From Torpedo marmorata (taxonomy: Eukaryota), in assembly GCA_977017645.1 (NCBI GenBank), contig OZ360232.1:18848001-18912000 (forward strand): DNA of 64,000 nucleotides, in the 5' to 3' direction. Shown here one piece after another: positions 38,284 to 50,802 of this stretch. A model generated the notes under the pieces. That model made no database searches. It was not told the origin of the DNA and saw only the letters and a list, made by a program, of their open reading frames with translations. The position numbers were made by a program, and so were the translations under genes. Numbering within the stretch: the first letter of the stretch is position 1; each line of letters opens with the position of its first letter.

Positions 38284-39453
38284 ATCTATACCGCTTTCCT
38301 GGTGGCAGCAACAAGAACAGAGCATGTCCTGGGTGGTGTGGAATCTTGACGATTGCTGCTGCTCTCAGAAGGCAGCGTTCCATGTAGATTTTCTCGATGG
38401 TGGGAGAAGTTTTGCCTGTGATGTACTGGGCGTTGTCCATTACCTTTTGCAGGGCTTGTCACTTAGAGGTATTGGTGCCCCTACACCATGCTCTGACGTA
38501 ATCAGTCAGCAGACTTTCTACTACACATCTGTAGAAGTTTGTCAAGGTTTACGATGTCATAGCAAACCTCCACAAACTCCTGAGGAATAGAGGGACTGAT
38601 ATGCTATCTTCACAATGACATTAGATATTTCGATCCAGGAAGGGTCCTCTGAGATAGTGACTCCCAAGAATTTAAATTTTCTCATCCTCTCCACCTTTGA
38701 TCCCCCAAGATTACAGGACTGTACATCTCTGGTTTTCCCTTCCTAAAATCCACAATTAGTTCCTTGGTTTTGGCGATGTTGAGTGAGAGGTTGTTAGTAG
38801 ACCAATTCGCCAAGTTTTAAATTTTCCTCTTGTATGCTGACTCATCAGCCCACTACTATGATATTGTCAGCAAATTTGTAAATGGTGTTGTCGTACAAAG
38901 CCACGCCGTTGTAGGTGTAAAGCGCATAGAGCAGGGGGGCTAAGTTAGCAGCCCAGTGGTGCTCTGGTGCTGATGGAGATTGTGGAAGAGATGTTCTTGC
39001 CAATCTGCACTAATTGTGGTCTGGAGGTGAGGAAATCCAGGATCCAATTACATAGTGGGGTATTTAGGCCCAGGTCTTGGAGTTTGCTGATAAGTTTTGA
39101 AGTGATGATGGTATTGAATGCCAAACTGTAGTCAATAAAGGGCATCCTGATGTATGCATCTTTGCTGTCCAGATGTTCCAATGTTTTGTGTAGAGCTATT
39201 GATGGCATCTGCCGTAGACCTGTTGCTGCTGTAGGCAAATTGTAATGGATTCATGTTGTCGTCCATCATAGTCTATCAAAATGGTCATTCTTTACATTAA
39301 AATCTCCCAAATAGTACATTAATCCCTCATAACTTAGTTCAGTCAAACTTATAAAAAGCTATTGTAGTTGACCTGAAGTTGGTCGGTCCAGCAGAACCAA
39401 ATGGGTAAGTCGAGTCATCATCCTAATAATGTACAAGACATTGCTGGGATAAC

Positions 39454-40297
39454 TGTCATGGAATTTAATGCAGGCAAGTGTGAGGTGTTGCATTTTGTCA
39501 TGGAATTTAATGCAGACAAGTGTGAGATGTTGCATTTTGGAAGGACAAACCAAGGTAAGACATACACAGTAAATGGTAGGGCACTGAGGAGTGTGGAGGA
39601 ACAAAGGGATCTGGGAATACAGATACATAATTCCCTGAAAGTGGCGTCACGGGTAGACAGAGTTGTAAAGAAAGCTTTTGGCACCTTGGCCTTCATAAAT
39701 CAAAGTATTGAGTACAGGAGTTGGGATGTTTATGGTGAGGTTGTATAAGACATTAGTGAGGTCAAGTTTGGAGTATTGTGTGCAGTTCTGGTCGCCTAAC
39801 TACAGGAAGGATATCAGTAAGATTGAAAGAGTGAAGAGAAGATTTACTAGGATGTTGCTGGGTCTTCAGGAGTTGAGTTACAGGGAAAGATTAAACAGGT
39901 TAGGACTTTATTCCTTGGAGCGTAGAAGAATGAGGGGAGATTTGATAGAGGTTTACAAAATTATGAGGGGAAAAGACAGAGTAAATGTGGGTAGGCTCTT
40001 TCCACAGATTAGGAGAGATAAATACGAGAGGACATGGCTTTAGGGTGAAAGGGAAACGGTTTAGGGGGAACATTAGGGGGAACTTCTTCACTTAGAGAGT
40101 GGTGGAACAAGCTGCCATCTGACGTGGTAAATGCGGGCTCACTCTTAAGTTTTAAGAATAAATTGGATAGATACATGGATGAGAGAGGTCTGGAGGGTTA
40201 TGGAATGGGTGCAGGTCAGTGGTACTAGCGGAATGATGTTTCGGCACAGACTAGAGGGGCCGAATGGCCTGTTTTCTGTGCTGTAGTGTTCTATGGT
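39454..40297 (+). mobile_element. CR1 3' fragment with a 42-bp tandem duplication at its 5' end
   Basis: MEFNA.KCE.LHF occurs twice (39454-39537); LEYCVQFWSP; gtgttctatgg tail. Confidence 0.9.
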
Positions 40298-40427
40298 AGA
40301 GCTGGTCAGAAGGTAGGTTCATCAGCAAAGCCCCTTGGTCTTCTAACTGCCAACATTCCAAACATCTGACTGCTGATGAAACTGGTCCCTTGCCATGCTG
40401 CTAGGAACTGTGTCTTGACAGAAGTTA

Positions 40428-40602
40428 GTGAAACACGAATGTCTGCAGACACTGTGATTGTAGTAAAAAGACAGAACTGCTGGAGGAACTCAACAGGTCT
40501 CACAGTGTCCATAGGAGGTAAAGATATATAACCAACGTATCGGGCCTGAGCCCAACTTCAAAGGTAGAACTGCATTGCTCCAGCATTTCTGTGTTTTTAC
40601 TT
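40428..40602 (-). mobile_element. Penelope pseudo-LTR (minus) with a short inverted piece
   Basis: Reverse complement contains ttgaagttgggctcaggcccgatacgtt (decayed hammerhead); ctccagcatttctgtgtttttact at 40579-40602 is in the opposite orientation. Confidence 0.7.
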
Positions 40603-40807
40603 GACTAAAGTTAAGCAAGTTACTATAAATGAATTTTAATAACATGGATAGTGAAATCAGAGGAGCTTTAAAATGAAAACAGCTCAGCTGATTAGTGGTT
40701 CTAACGCTACCATTTATGATATTTCTTTAAATATTGTGAAGAAAAACAATTGTTGACCTACTTCAACACTTAAGGAATATAGTACACTGCCTACTTAGTT
40801 TTAAAGT

Positions 40808-41054
40808 GCATGGTTAGCGTAGTGGTTAGCACAACGCTGTTACAGCGCCAGCAATCAGGACCGGGGTTCGAAACCCACGCTGTCTGTAAAGAGTTTGTAC
40901 ATTCTCCCCATGTCTGCGTGGGTTTCCTCCGGGTGCTCCAGTTTCCTCCCACCGTTCAAAACGTACCAGGGGCTGTAGGTTAATAGGGTGTAATTGGGCG
41001 GCACGGGCTCGTGGGCCGAAATGGCCTGTTACTGTGCTGTATGTCTAAAAAAAA
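40808..41054 (+). mobile_element. V-SINE
   Basis: tggttagcgtagtggttagc A box; ggttcgaaacc B box; V-core. Confidence 0.9.
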
Positions 41055-41548
41055 TAGAATATCGAGAACAATACATTGGCATTGCATTTTCCTTTTATTT
41101 TGAAGCAACTTGCTGCAGTCCCAAAAATCAATGTAACTGCATCAAAATATTACAAATCATCATTTGATGCATCTGAAGTTAAATAAAAAAAGCAGAAATA
41201 AGTTGCAAGACTGTAACTAAAGATTTATTCTATCAAATATAGATTTCACTAGTAATTGAGAACACATTTTTATTTCACATCTTTCATTTAAGTCTACATT
41301 TTCCAATTTTTGACTCGTGTAAATCTGACATTTTTTTTTTAAAGTTCAAATATTAGCCTTCCCAAAGTGGCAGGAGATGTCTTTCATGTTCTCAGAATGA
41401 GTACTGTGAGGAAGTCAAGTGATCTGCATGTGCCAAAGATTGGAGAGGAACAAAAACTTCACCACAGGGCAAGCCCCCTAAACTCCTGATTATTGGTGAG
41501 CAGTGAGTGGCAACCACAACTATTCAGTGACTGGACATTGCCTCAGAT

Positions 41549-41916
41549 CAGTGGTTTTCAAACTGCCCCCCTAAACTCACATTCCACCTTAAGCAATCCC
41601 TATGCCATAAGTGCTCTGTGATTAGTAAGGGATTGCTTAAGGTGATATGTGAGTGGGAAGGGAAGGTTGAGAACCACTGCTCTAGACCCAGTTGTTACTG
41701 AAATATTTTGCTTGAGAAAAATGGTCATTGGCCCATTTCCTTTGGAGTTATGAAACCGTGCACATAACGAGTCAATTAGGTACGATTAAAACAGTGGTTT
41801 TCAAACTTTTTCTTTCCATTCACATACCACCTTAAGTAATCCCTTAATAATCACTTTTGGCATAGGGAATACTTAAGGTGGAATGTGAGTTTTAAAAAAA
41901 AGGTTGCCCACCCCTG
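41549..41916. mobile_element. Composite hAT/Charlie-like MITE (two palindromic units + 112-bp spacer)
   Basis: CAGTGGTTTTCAAAC...GTTGAGAACCACTG units; CTCTAGAC next to unit 1. Confidence 0.8.
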
Positions 41917-42797
41917 CCCTACCATATGCTCTTTTCAGCTGATTCTGCTTGAAATCATCTGTAAGAAACCAAGATGACTGCCTCATGATTTATTGAGGAA
42001 ATATCCTCAGACATCAACTCAACAAGGCAGGGAAAGTCACACGCAATCCAAGCGAGTCAAACTTTTGACTTCTAAATATCAGTTAAATTGGAATAGATTA
42101 TATATAGTAATTTGGTTCAAAAGCATTTTTGCAACACAAAATAAACATAATTTTATTGTATAGAGATGTAACATAGTTCTTTCACACAGAATTTTTTATT
42201 GCTGTAGATTATGGTGAATATCAGATTACAGTCACAGGAAACTGCGGTTATGAACATTTCCAAGTTCAAATCATCTGCTGCATGAACTCTTTATTCTTTG
42301 TCTACTTGGGTGAAATGTGACACCAACAACCATTATACTAGTACAGAGCATTGTATTTAAAGACCCTCCAAAGACTGAAGTATAGGTAAAAATGAAGCAA
42401 CAGCCAAAAGTTAATGTTCATGGCTTTATTTGTATTTTCTGGTGGTGTTTCGTGTTATAATTATACTTTATTAGACTGAATATGGAGGAACATTGTAACT
42501 TGTAGGGTTAACAAACTACAGAGTTAAAAATGAAACCGTAAAAATGCAGATGACATTAAATATTCTAAAATACAGATCATAGACTTAACATTCAAAATCA
42601 AAAGGAATCGGGAAATAAATAGAGCAAGCATTAGTGTCTTCAACATCCATTGTGGAAAGTTTCTGTTCAAACATGGACACAGGAAATCAATATACCATAC
42701 AAATTTAAAATGAAATCTATGATGCTCTAACAAAAGATTTAAATTGAATTTTTGACAAGCATGTGAAAATATTGATTCTTTTCACCCATCGTTGTTA

Positions 42798-42978
42798 TTT
42801 TTTTTATTTAGACATACACCACGAGTCCGTGCCGCCCAATTTACCCCCAATACGTTTTTGAACGGTGGGAGAATGTACAAACTCCTTACAGACAGCGCGG
42901 GATTTGAATCCCCGTCCGGTCCCGATCGCTGGCGCTGTAAAGGCGTTGCGCTAACCGCTACGCCAACCGTGCCGCCCC
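42798..42978 (-). mobile_element. V-SINE, internally deleted
   Basis: Reverse-complement head ..gctacgccaaccgtgccgcccc; V-core. Confidence 0.88.
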
Positions 42979-44228
42979 ATGAAGATACATTTCCTGTCAC
43001 TATGATTTTAAAAAATGTATTATTGTTCAGCCATCAAAATTGGGACAGAGTTGTTTTCAGAGAATGTCAACAAAATACTGACAAGTTACATTTTTAATCA
43101 TGAGAGGTACCAATTAAAGATAGATTGTTCATATACTTATTCTGGTACTTATTTTCCAATGCAACTAGCATTTGAGACTTGTATTCTTTTAAGGCTTAAT
43201 GCATTGAAACATATAACATTTCAGAATTAGTCAATATTCCAAAAATTTATGACTAGCAAAAATTATACCAGGCTTCAAATTTGGTCAATAAAACAGTCAA
43301 CATTAATGAACAGCCTAAATGGTCTAACCCAATTTGGTGCCACTTAGATCCTTAAAATTAGTTTAGCTATTATCAATTTAAAGGTAGGTGGCTATCTATT
43401 AACTGTTTAAAATAAATGATGCTCTTTTCATAAAAAGAAAAAGTGGCTTAGCGAAGTCATCACTTCTGAAATGCTATGAATATGTAATTCGTACTGAAAT
43501 TCATTTTGCCATTTCACTCACCTTTTGACACAATATGCATTGTATTACACTTCACTCAGATATTTGTTGCTTTTAAAAATCTTCCTATTCATTTTGAACA
43601 GGATTATTATAATGCTTTAGAATTTGATGATCCAAATGAAGGTTTTGGATGGAACACAAGCTCTAATGCAATGCATTGATAACTAATAAAGACAATTAAT
43701 CATTCCAACACGTGTCTAATTGATGGCAATGATTCAGGAGTGGTTAAAACAATTACTGGAGATAATATACAACTTGATTCTACACGTACACATCTGTTGC
43801 TGTGTTAGGTATGTATACTTAACTAGATGGCAACGCACACAGAATGTAATATATTGCTGTTGCATCAGAAAGATCAAATCATGAATTTTTACTTCAATTT
43901 CTCCCATAGCTTTGGTGAAAAATGAGCAGAACAAAATTTTTGGGTCCACCTGTAACAGAACAAAAAACAGCAGAAATCTCTCAGACACGTTACTAATGAA
44001 TGGTACATTGGATGGTGGGAGTTTTCTGTGAGCTAACTAATTTAGCAGTTAGGTGATTTTTGTGGTTTTACCATATTACCTGTTATTCCATATAGTATGC
44101 ATGAGATTTATAGTAATTTAGCTGTAAAAGTGTGCTGCTAAGGGAATGGTATGTAGTAGATAAAGACTGATCCTATTGATACTACATTACCATGAACAGA
44201 ACAAATAAGAGGATTGCCTATCTCAGTT

Positions 44229-45515
44229 CCTCAATGACTATCACTCAGCAGCACTAACATCTACTGCGATGAAATGCTTTGAGAAGTTGGTCATGGCTAG
44301 AATTATCACGTACCTAAGCAAAGATCAGGACCCACTGCAATTCACCTATCGTCATAATCGCTCCATAGCAGACACAATATCACTGGCTCTCCACTCAGCT
44401 CTGAATCACCTTGAAAACAGCAACTCATATATACAGCTGCTCTTCATAGACTACAGCTCAGCCTTCAACACCATTATTCCCTCAGTGCTGGTCAACAAAC
44501 TCCAAACCCTAGGCCTTTGCACCCTCCTCTGCAACTGGATCCTTGACTTCCTCATCCTAAGACCACAGTCAGAACGAATTGGAAATAATGTCTCCTCCTC
44601 ACTGACTATCAACACAGTTGCACCTCAAGGATGCGTGCTTAGCCCACTGCTCTACTCACTATACACCCATGACTGTGTGGCCAGGCACAATTCCAATGCT
44701 ATCTACAAATTTGCCGATGACACTACGGTTGTCGGCAGAATCACAAACAGCAGTGAGGAAGCATACAGGAGGGAGATAGATCAGCTTGTTGAGTGGTGTC
44801 ACACCAACAACCTTGCACTCAACGTTAGCAAAATCAAGAAGATGATTGTGGAAGTCAAGAGAACACGATCTAGTCCTCATGAGGGCTCAGTAGTGGAGAG
44901 GGTCAAGAACTTCAAATTCCTGTGTGTCAACATCTCCGAGGATCTGACCTGGAGCCTCCATGTCGATGCAATCATGAAGAAGGCTCGCCAGCGGCTATAC
45001 TTTGTGAGGTGTTTGAGGAGATTCGGTATGTCAACGAAGACTCTTGAAAACTTCTACAGGTGTTCCGTGGAGAGCATTCTGGCTGGTTGCATCATTGTCT
45101 GGTATGGAGGTGCCAACACTCAGGGCAAGAAAAATCTCCAGAGGGTTGTTAACTCGGCCTGTGACATCATGGGCACCAGACTTCACTCCATCGAGGACAT
45201 CTACAAGAGGCGTTATCTTAAGAAAGCAGCCTCTGTCCTCAAAGACCCCACCACCCAGGCCATGCCCTCTTCACTCTGCTACCATCGGGGAAAAAGGTAC
45301 AGGAGCCTAAAGATGAGCACTCGGCGCACAAGGACAGCTTCTTCCCCGCTGCCATCAGATTTCTGAATTGAACCAAAGGCACTGCCTTACTTTGACTTTT
45401 CGTGCACTATTTTTATTTATTTTTGTAAGGTGGTTTATATGAATGTTTGCACTGTGATGCTGCCGTAAAACAACAAATTTTTGTGACTTGTTCATGACAA
45501 TAAATTCTGATTCTG
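44229..45515 (+). mobile_element. Rex1/Babar LINE, 5'-truncated
   Basis: ORF 44269-45366 with RT motifs; tgacaataaattctgattctga tail. Confidence 0.93.
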
Positions 45516-45989
45516 AGAATTGTTTACTTTGCACAGATGACTGGACTACAAAAACAAAGGAAAGCCTACACACATCACAGCATTGAACTGAGAAAATGGG
45601 AAGAGTAAAGCTATCTAACATTTTATTTTCACTTTATGTGAAAAATGATTGAATGTCAACCATCCAAGAGCAGGGTACATTTTGGAATACCAAATTATAT
45701 TTGGACATGCATTTACCCCAAATGCCTTCAACCAAAAAAATTGCAACGGTATTTCTTTCATATTATGTAAACATATGTGCTGATATCCACAAAATATCCC
45801 ACATTGTCTTTGGATACTTGCCATCTAACTGTTGTAGGACAATATGGTGCACAACAAAAGCAGCTGAAAGTAGGTTTTTAAATACAAAAAGGTCCTTACA
45901 AAGAGGTCAACTGAAAAACCATGTGTACAACATGGCAGTCACAAACCTCCATTGAGCTCAAGGACAGTGGCATGCATTTCCATGATTTC

Positions 45990-46560
45990 ACTCACTTTCC
46001 CTCCAGTCCCGTACACAACTGAAAATATCCTGTCCAGATTCGTCAGTTTGGTATTGAAATTGCTCTACACAAGACCGCAAGCAACTGCAGAGAGTTGTGA
46101 ATGCAGCTCAGGCCATCATGCAAACCCACATCCCTTCCACCAACTCTATCTATACCTCCTGCTGCCTTGGCCAAGTTGCCAACATATTCCACCCTGGTCA
46201 CACTCTCATCCCCCCTCCCCCCCTCCTCTTCCATTGGGTAGAAGGAGCATAAGCTTGAAAACATGAACCTCCAGATTCAAGCGCAGTTTCTTTCCTGCTG
46301 TTATCAGACTCCTGAATAGACCTCCCATTGGTAAAAGAGGATGCTCCTGCACTGTTTAACCATGCTTTACAATATCCTGCACTTCGTCATAGTAACACTT
46401 TACCCTGAACTTTTTGACTTAATGTAAAACCATTCCCTTCACTTTTCTTTTATTATTGCACAACCTACAGTACTTAAGCATGGGTTGATTTGCCTGGGTA
46501 AGACTAAAACAAAGCTCTTTTCTGTATCTTGGGACATGTAGCAATAAACAATTCAACTCA
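45990..46560 (+). mobile_element. Old Rex1/Babar 3' fragment
   Basis: caactgcagagagttgtg..tttttcctgctgttatcagactcctgaat..caataaacaattcaac. Confidence 0.6.
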
Positions 46561-46591
46561 CATTCAAGCATAATACCAGTCAAAGCACATA

Positions 46592-46819
46592 ATTTTAATT
46601 TTGAGATACAGCACAGCAACAGGTCCTTCCAGCCTACAAGACCCCCACGTATACCAATGTGACTAATTAACGTACTAATCCAATACGTCTTTCAAATGCG
46701 GAAGGTAACCTGACCACCTGGAGGTAAAGCCACGTGGAGAACCTACAAACTCCTTACAGATGGCAGCGGATTTGAACCCAGTTCTCTTGCGCTGTAATAG
46801 CGTTGCGCTAACCGTGCCA
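46592..46819 (-). mobile_element. V-SINE
   Basis: acaaactccttacaga..ggatttgaaccc..gcgctaaccgtgcc. Confidence 0.85.
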
Positions 46820-47147
46820 CACATAATGCAAAGTATATTTGAATACCAACCAGTCATCCTTTTAATACATGTCCCAATCCTTTTCCCACTACCAACAAGA
46901 GTCAGCACCATCCAGTAGAATAAAAATTGGACTGCATACCAGTTCCAATTAGTGTAACAATGTCAATCATTGCTCAGAAGGCAGCCACTTCTTTGGATGA
47001 CTACTGTCTTTCCAGGAGGGAACCCAAATGAAATCCAGAACATAAAGAGTAGCAAATGAAGAATAGAGACTGATATGAATATAGCCCTTCAACGATATTT
47101 ATCCATTTCCTCCTCATTCAACATCCATAACCAAAACAGTTACATAA

Positions 47148-47416
47148 GGGCGGCACTGTTGGCGTAGCGGTTAGCGTAACACCTTTACGGCGCCAGCGTT
47201 CGGGACCGGACCGGGGTTCGAATCCCGCGCTGTCTGTAAGGAGTTTGTACGTTCTCCCCGTGTCTGCGTGGGTTTTCTCCGGGTGCTCCGGTTTCCTCCC
47301 ACCCTTCAAAATGTACCGGGGGTGTAGGTTAATGGGGTGTAAATTGGGTGGCACGGACTCGTAGGGCCGAAATGGTCTGTTACAGTGCTGTAAGCCTAAA
47401 TTTAAAAAAAAAAAAA
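47148..47416 (+). mobile_element. V-SINE (well preserved)
   Basis: gggcggcactgttggcgtagcggttagc; ggttcgaatccc; V-core; A tail. Confidence 0.92.
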
Positions 47417-49294
47417 TCAGACTCAATTGGAAGGGCATCTTGCACCTCGCTGCAAATAAAAAAACAGGCAAGCACTTCAAACCCATGAAGGTGAGTCTTT
47501 AAAAATCCATTCTTTGTGCCATGGAAGTAGTGAATGGGCAGTGTTTCTTCAAACAAACATTACCTTATGGTCTGATGCAGCCTTTCTCCCACAATACCAA
47601 ACTGAAATTACTGTCAAAGGTTTCCAAAATAACTAAAAACATTTCAAAATTGCTCCTGAAACCATTTACCTAGAATCCCCACCGTGTCTCATCAAGTTTG
47701 ACTCTCACAGCCTCCCTCCAACACCTGTTCTGAATGAAAAGTACTTCCAGCCTTGAATTCAAGCAGTCAGTTAATAACCTTTATTGCTCTTCAAATGTGC
47801 AAGAAATGAGGCAGCTATTCAGAATGAGCAGGTATAAATGATGGGTCCCAAAAGGATACAATTAAGAACCCATTTTGCAGCATTTCCCAGTAATGCTCAT
47901 TGTTTCATAGTCCCATGTCCATTGGTGGAATAGTTACTTACATTATTTACAATATTCACGTTCTGGATTACTGGCAAAATGAGCAACTCACATTCGGTCG
48001 TATTCTCTGACTAATTTTACACAAAGATTTATTCAACAGGGGAGCTTGATGTTTCAGCACTTAATACTAGTTCAGATCTGCCTTAATTTACAATGCAACA
48101 CCAACCAGAATTAACAGTTTGGTTGATAGCAGTGGGTTTAATAACGTTGCAACATACACGTCATAGTTTAAAAACGATCAAAGGCCAACAATCACAATTA
48201 AGTCCAAAGTGTATAAAAAACAGTATTACTACACAAGATGAAATACAGTTCCTATCAGGGCAGGGATACTTTGTTGTCTGGAAACAATCAACATGATTAA
48301 TTCCAGAAGGAAAGTAGCATTGATCATTTAAAACAGGACAGCACACATTAGCAATCTGTCTGAAATAACTACTAAAATATTTGACATGGCAAACACCCCA
48401 CCCCTGCAGAAAAAAGCCACTCTTTCATGTTTAAGCAGTATTAATTCTTTGTATCTACTTGTAGTTAACCTGCAAGATCTAGAAGTGCATTCAGAATTTT
48501 TTTCTCATATTGCTTTCAAATGTAATTAGAATTTTAAAAAGTTACTGCTACTAAAGGCTAAAATAACACTTATTCAGTTGCAATTCTAAAAGAAATTAGT
48601 AAAAATTTTGTGCCATAAATGTGGTCTGTGTTTTGTTTTCAAAATGAAAGAAAAATAAATTTGACCAAATTTCTCATTGGAATTTCACAAAGGCAGTCTA
48701 AGTGAAAAAGACAAGAACAATTTGACATACCCATATTGAGAAACAAGTGCAATTATTAATCCATGTTGAGTTTTGTTGTTATGAATTTAACTGTGGATGG
48801 TGCAAATAAAGTGTGCCAATTTAAATAAAAAATAGAGCATTTATCAGACCTCACAAGTGATTGTCTTTTGATGTTCTTCACCTCTCCTCCCCACCATCAA
48901 TGGAAAGACAGTTCTGTTGAGATTTCTTCCACAATAAAATATCCTCTATTAGTACTCAGTCTGTGATTAAACACGAGTGATGGATATCCAAATACAGCAG
49001 AAATAAATGTTTACAGAGGACAAGCAGCAGAGGTAAAAAAATAAGAATAAGAAATAAATCTAATGCAGTCAACTGTGTTAATTTAATAACATTGTTTGAA
49101 CATGCTTGGTAAACATTTATAATTCAACTCAACTTGACAAAGTTATCTTGCCATTTCTGGATGCACGATTTTGATTCACTCTCTCAATACTAACTCAGAT
49201 TTAAATTATGGCACAAAGGTGTCAGAATCCAGATCTTAGAGCAAAAATAATTATTGTTTTTTTTTAAATACAAGGAGATCCAGAAGGCATCTGC

Positions 49295-49490
49295 TTACAC
49301 CCTGGAGTTGGGATACACAGCTACAACTTCATATCCTTCTGGAGGCTGCACTCTTGCTTTTGCATGGGTCTCACAATATAGTTGCTCTTCAATGAAGAAA
49401 TATCCTTTCTGCTTCAGATTTAATCCACAGTCAGAACACATGAAGCATGCTGGATGATATAGCTTATCTCGTGCCTTAACAACAGCACCA
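49295..49490 (-). CDS. PDLIM4: PDZ and LIM domain protein 4 (RIL)-like, last coding exon (LIM domain)
   Basis: ttctttctag| acceptor; [87 protein letters not shown] fit PDLIM4 better than PDLIM1/3. Confidence 0.9.
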
Positions 49491-49950
49491 CTAGAAAGAA
49501 TAAAAATACAAATGATGAGAGATACATAAAGGGTCAATTCAGATGAATGCTGAGATATACAGTTAATTAAAATAACCAGGTTAATAATGGGGGAAAGACT
49601 GAAGGATGAACAATGACAGTCTTTTTTTAAAGTGACCTGTGACTCACAATGTGATGAATGCTTATATTTTCTTCAAGATCTTAAATTATGAAATCTGGAG
49701 CAAAACCCATTGAAAAAAGGATTGGTTACTTCACACTCTTGGAAACGTTTTCACCCCACTTCCAGTGATGTGGATGTTGTAACAGTATCTCATTCCTCTT
49801 GTACCCTTTCATAGGTGTGTGCACTCGCAGATTATAATTAGGTATTAAAACATTAATCATATACTTTCTCCTCATTCATTCTGGGGAGCACCCTTATAAC
49901 AAAGTTAATTTTGCACAAATGAGAGGTCTACTGAAGCTTTGTATACTTAC

Positions 49951-50071
49951 ATAATGCCAGTCTCACATCGAGTACATTGTGGTAACTTCTGCAGTGTGGG
50001 TGGAGCATTGCTGAATTTTGATACAGGGGATTTCATACTTTTGATGGCAGATGGCCTTTCACTTCTGTCAC
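49951..50071 (-). CDS. PDLIM4: PDLIM4-like penultimate coding exon (121 nt; absent from the ORF track)
   Basis: ttcttgtag|...|gtaagt; (G)DRSERPSAIKSMKSPVSKFSNAPPTLQKLPQCTRCETGI(I). Supplies the first CxxC of the LIM domain; phases 1 and 2 match both neighbouring exons. Confidence 0.9.
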
Positions 50072-50332
50072 CTACAAGAAATTTTACAAGATGAATATAC
50101 TCATTTTCTGTCACTGCCAATATTTTTCATATAGATAAAAGACCGATACATATTCATGCAAGTACTTGGTCAGTTTCTAATTATGCTTTTGATGTTGAGT
50201 TTACAACTACTTAGCCAAATTAAAAAAAAAGATTTCTGACAGGAACATGCAAACTATCACTCACTTTCTGATAGATACCACAGCAAGACTCTGGCATTAT
50301 TAATTTATTTGCAGCTTACTGAAGGCTTATAC

Positions 50333-50802
50333 CAGTGGTTTTCAAACTTTTTCTTTCCACTCACATACCACCTTAAGTAATCCCGATGCCATAGGTGCTC
50401 TGTGATTAGTAAGGGATTACTTAAGGTGGTATGTGAGTGGAAAGAAAAAGTTTGTAAACCACTGTTTTAATCGTACCTAATTAACTCGTTATGTGCACGG
50501 TTTCATAACTCCAAAGGAAATGGGCAAATGACAATTTTTCTCAAGCAAAATATTTCAGTAACAATTGGGTCGAGAGCAGTGGTTCTAAACCTTTTTTTAC
50601 CAGTCACAAACCACCTTAAGAAATCCCTTATTAATCACAGAGCACCTATGACAGTGGTTCTCAACCTTTTTCTTTCTACTCACAAACCACCTTAAGTAAT
50701 CCCTTACTAACCACAGAGCACCGATGGCATAGGTGCTCTGATGTTAGTAAGGGATTACTTAAGGTGGTATGTGAGTGGAAAGAAAAAGGTTGAGAACTAC
50801 TG
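50333..50802. mobile_element. Composite hAT/Charlie-like MITE, inverted relative to 41549-41916
   Basis: Palindromic unit 50333-50464, spacer 50465-50576, half unit 50577-50651, unit 50652-50802. Confidence 0.82.

Larger units (their letters stand above)
33435..39265 (-). mobile_element. Older Rex1/Babar LINE split by the gypsy insertion 33767-38283
   Basis: Tail at 33435-33766; RT part at 38289-39265 ([25 protein letters not shown]). Confidence 0.8.

Noticed and set aside
40808-47416. tRNA genes (A/B boxes at 40808 and 47148, also 31673 and 62186)
   Set aside because: The boxes are V-SINE heads followed by the V-core; no complete cloverleaf.
47400-49294. PDLIM4 3' UTR end
   Set aside because: Several minus-strand AATAAA candidates (e.g. 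48028-33, 47780-85); cannot choose without transcript data.
49491-49537. ORF-track N-terminus [16 protein letters not shown] as a signal peptide
   Set aside because: It is intron sequence upstream of the AG acceptor at 49492-49491.
50333-50802. CRISPR-like repeat-spacer array
   Set aside because: The repeats are long palindromic hAT MITE units in a eukaryotic context; no regular spacers and no cas genes.
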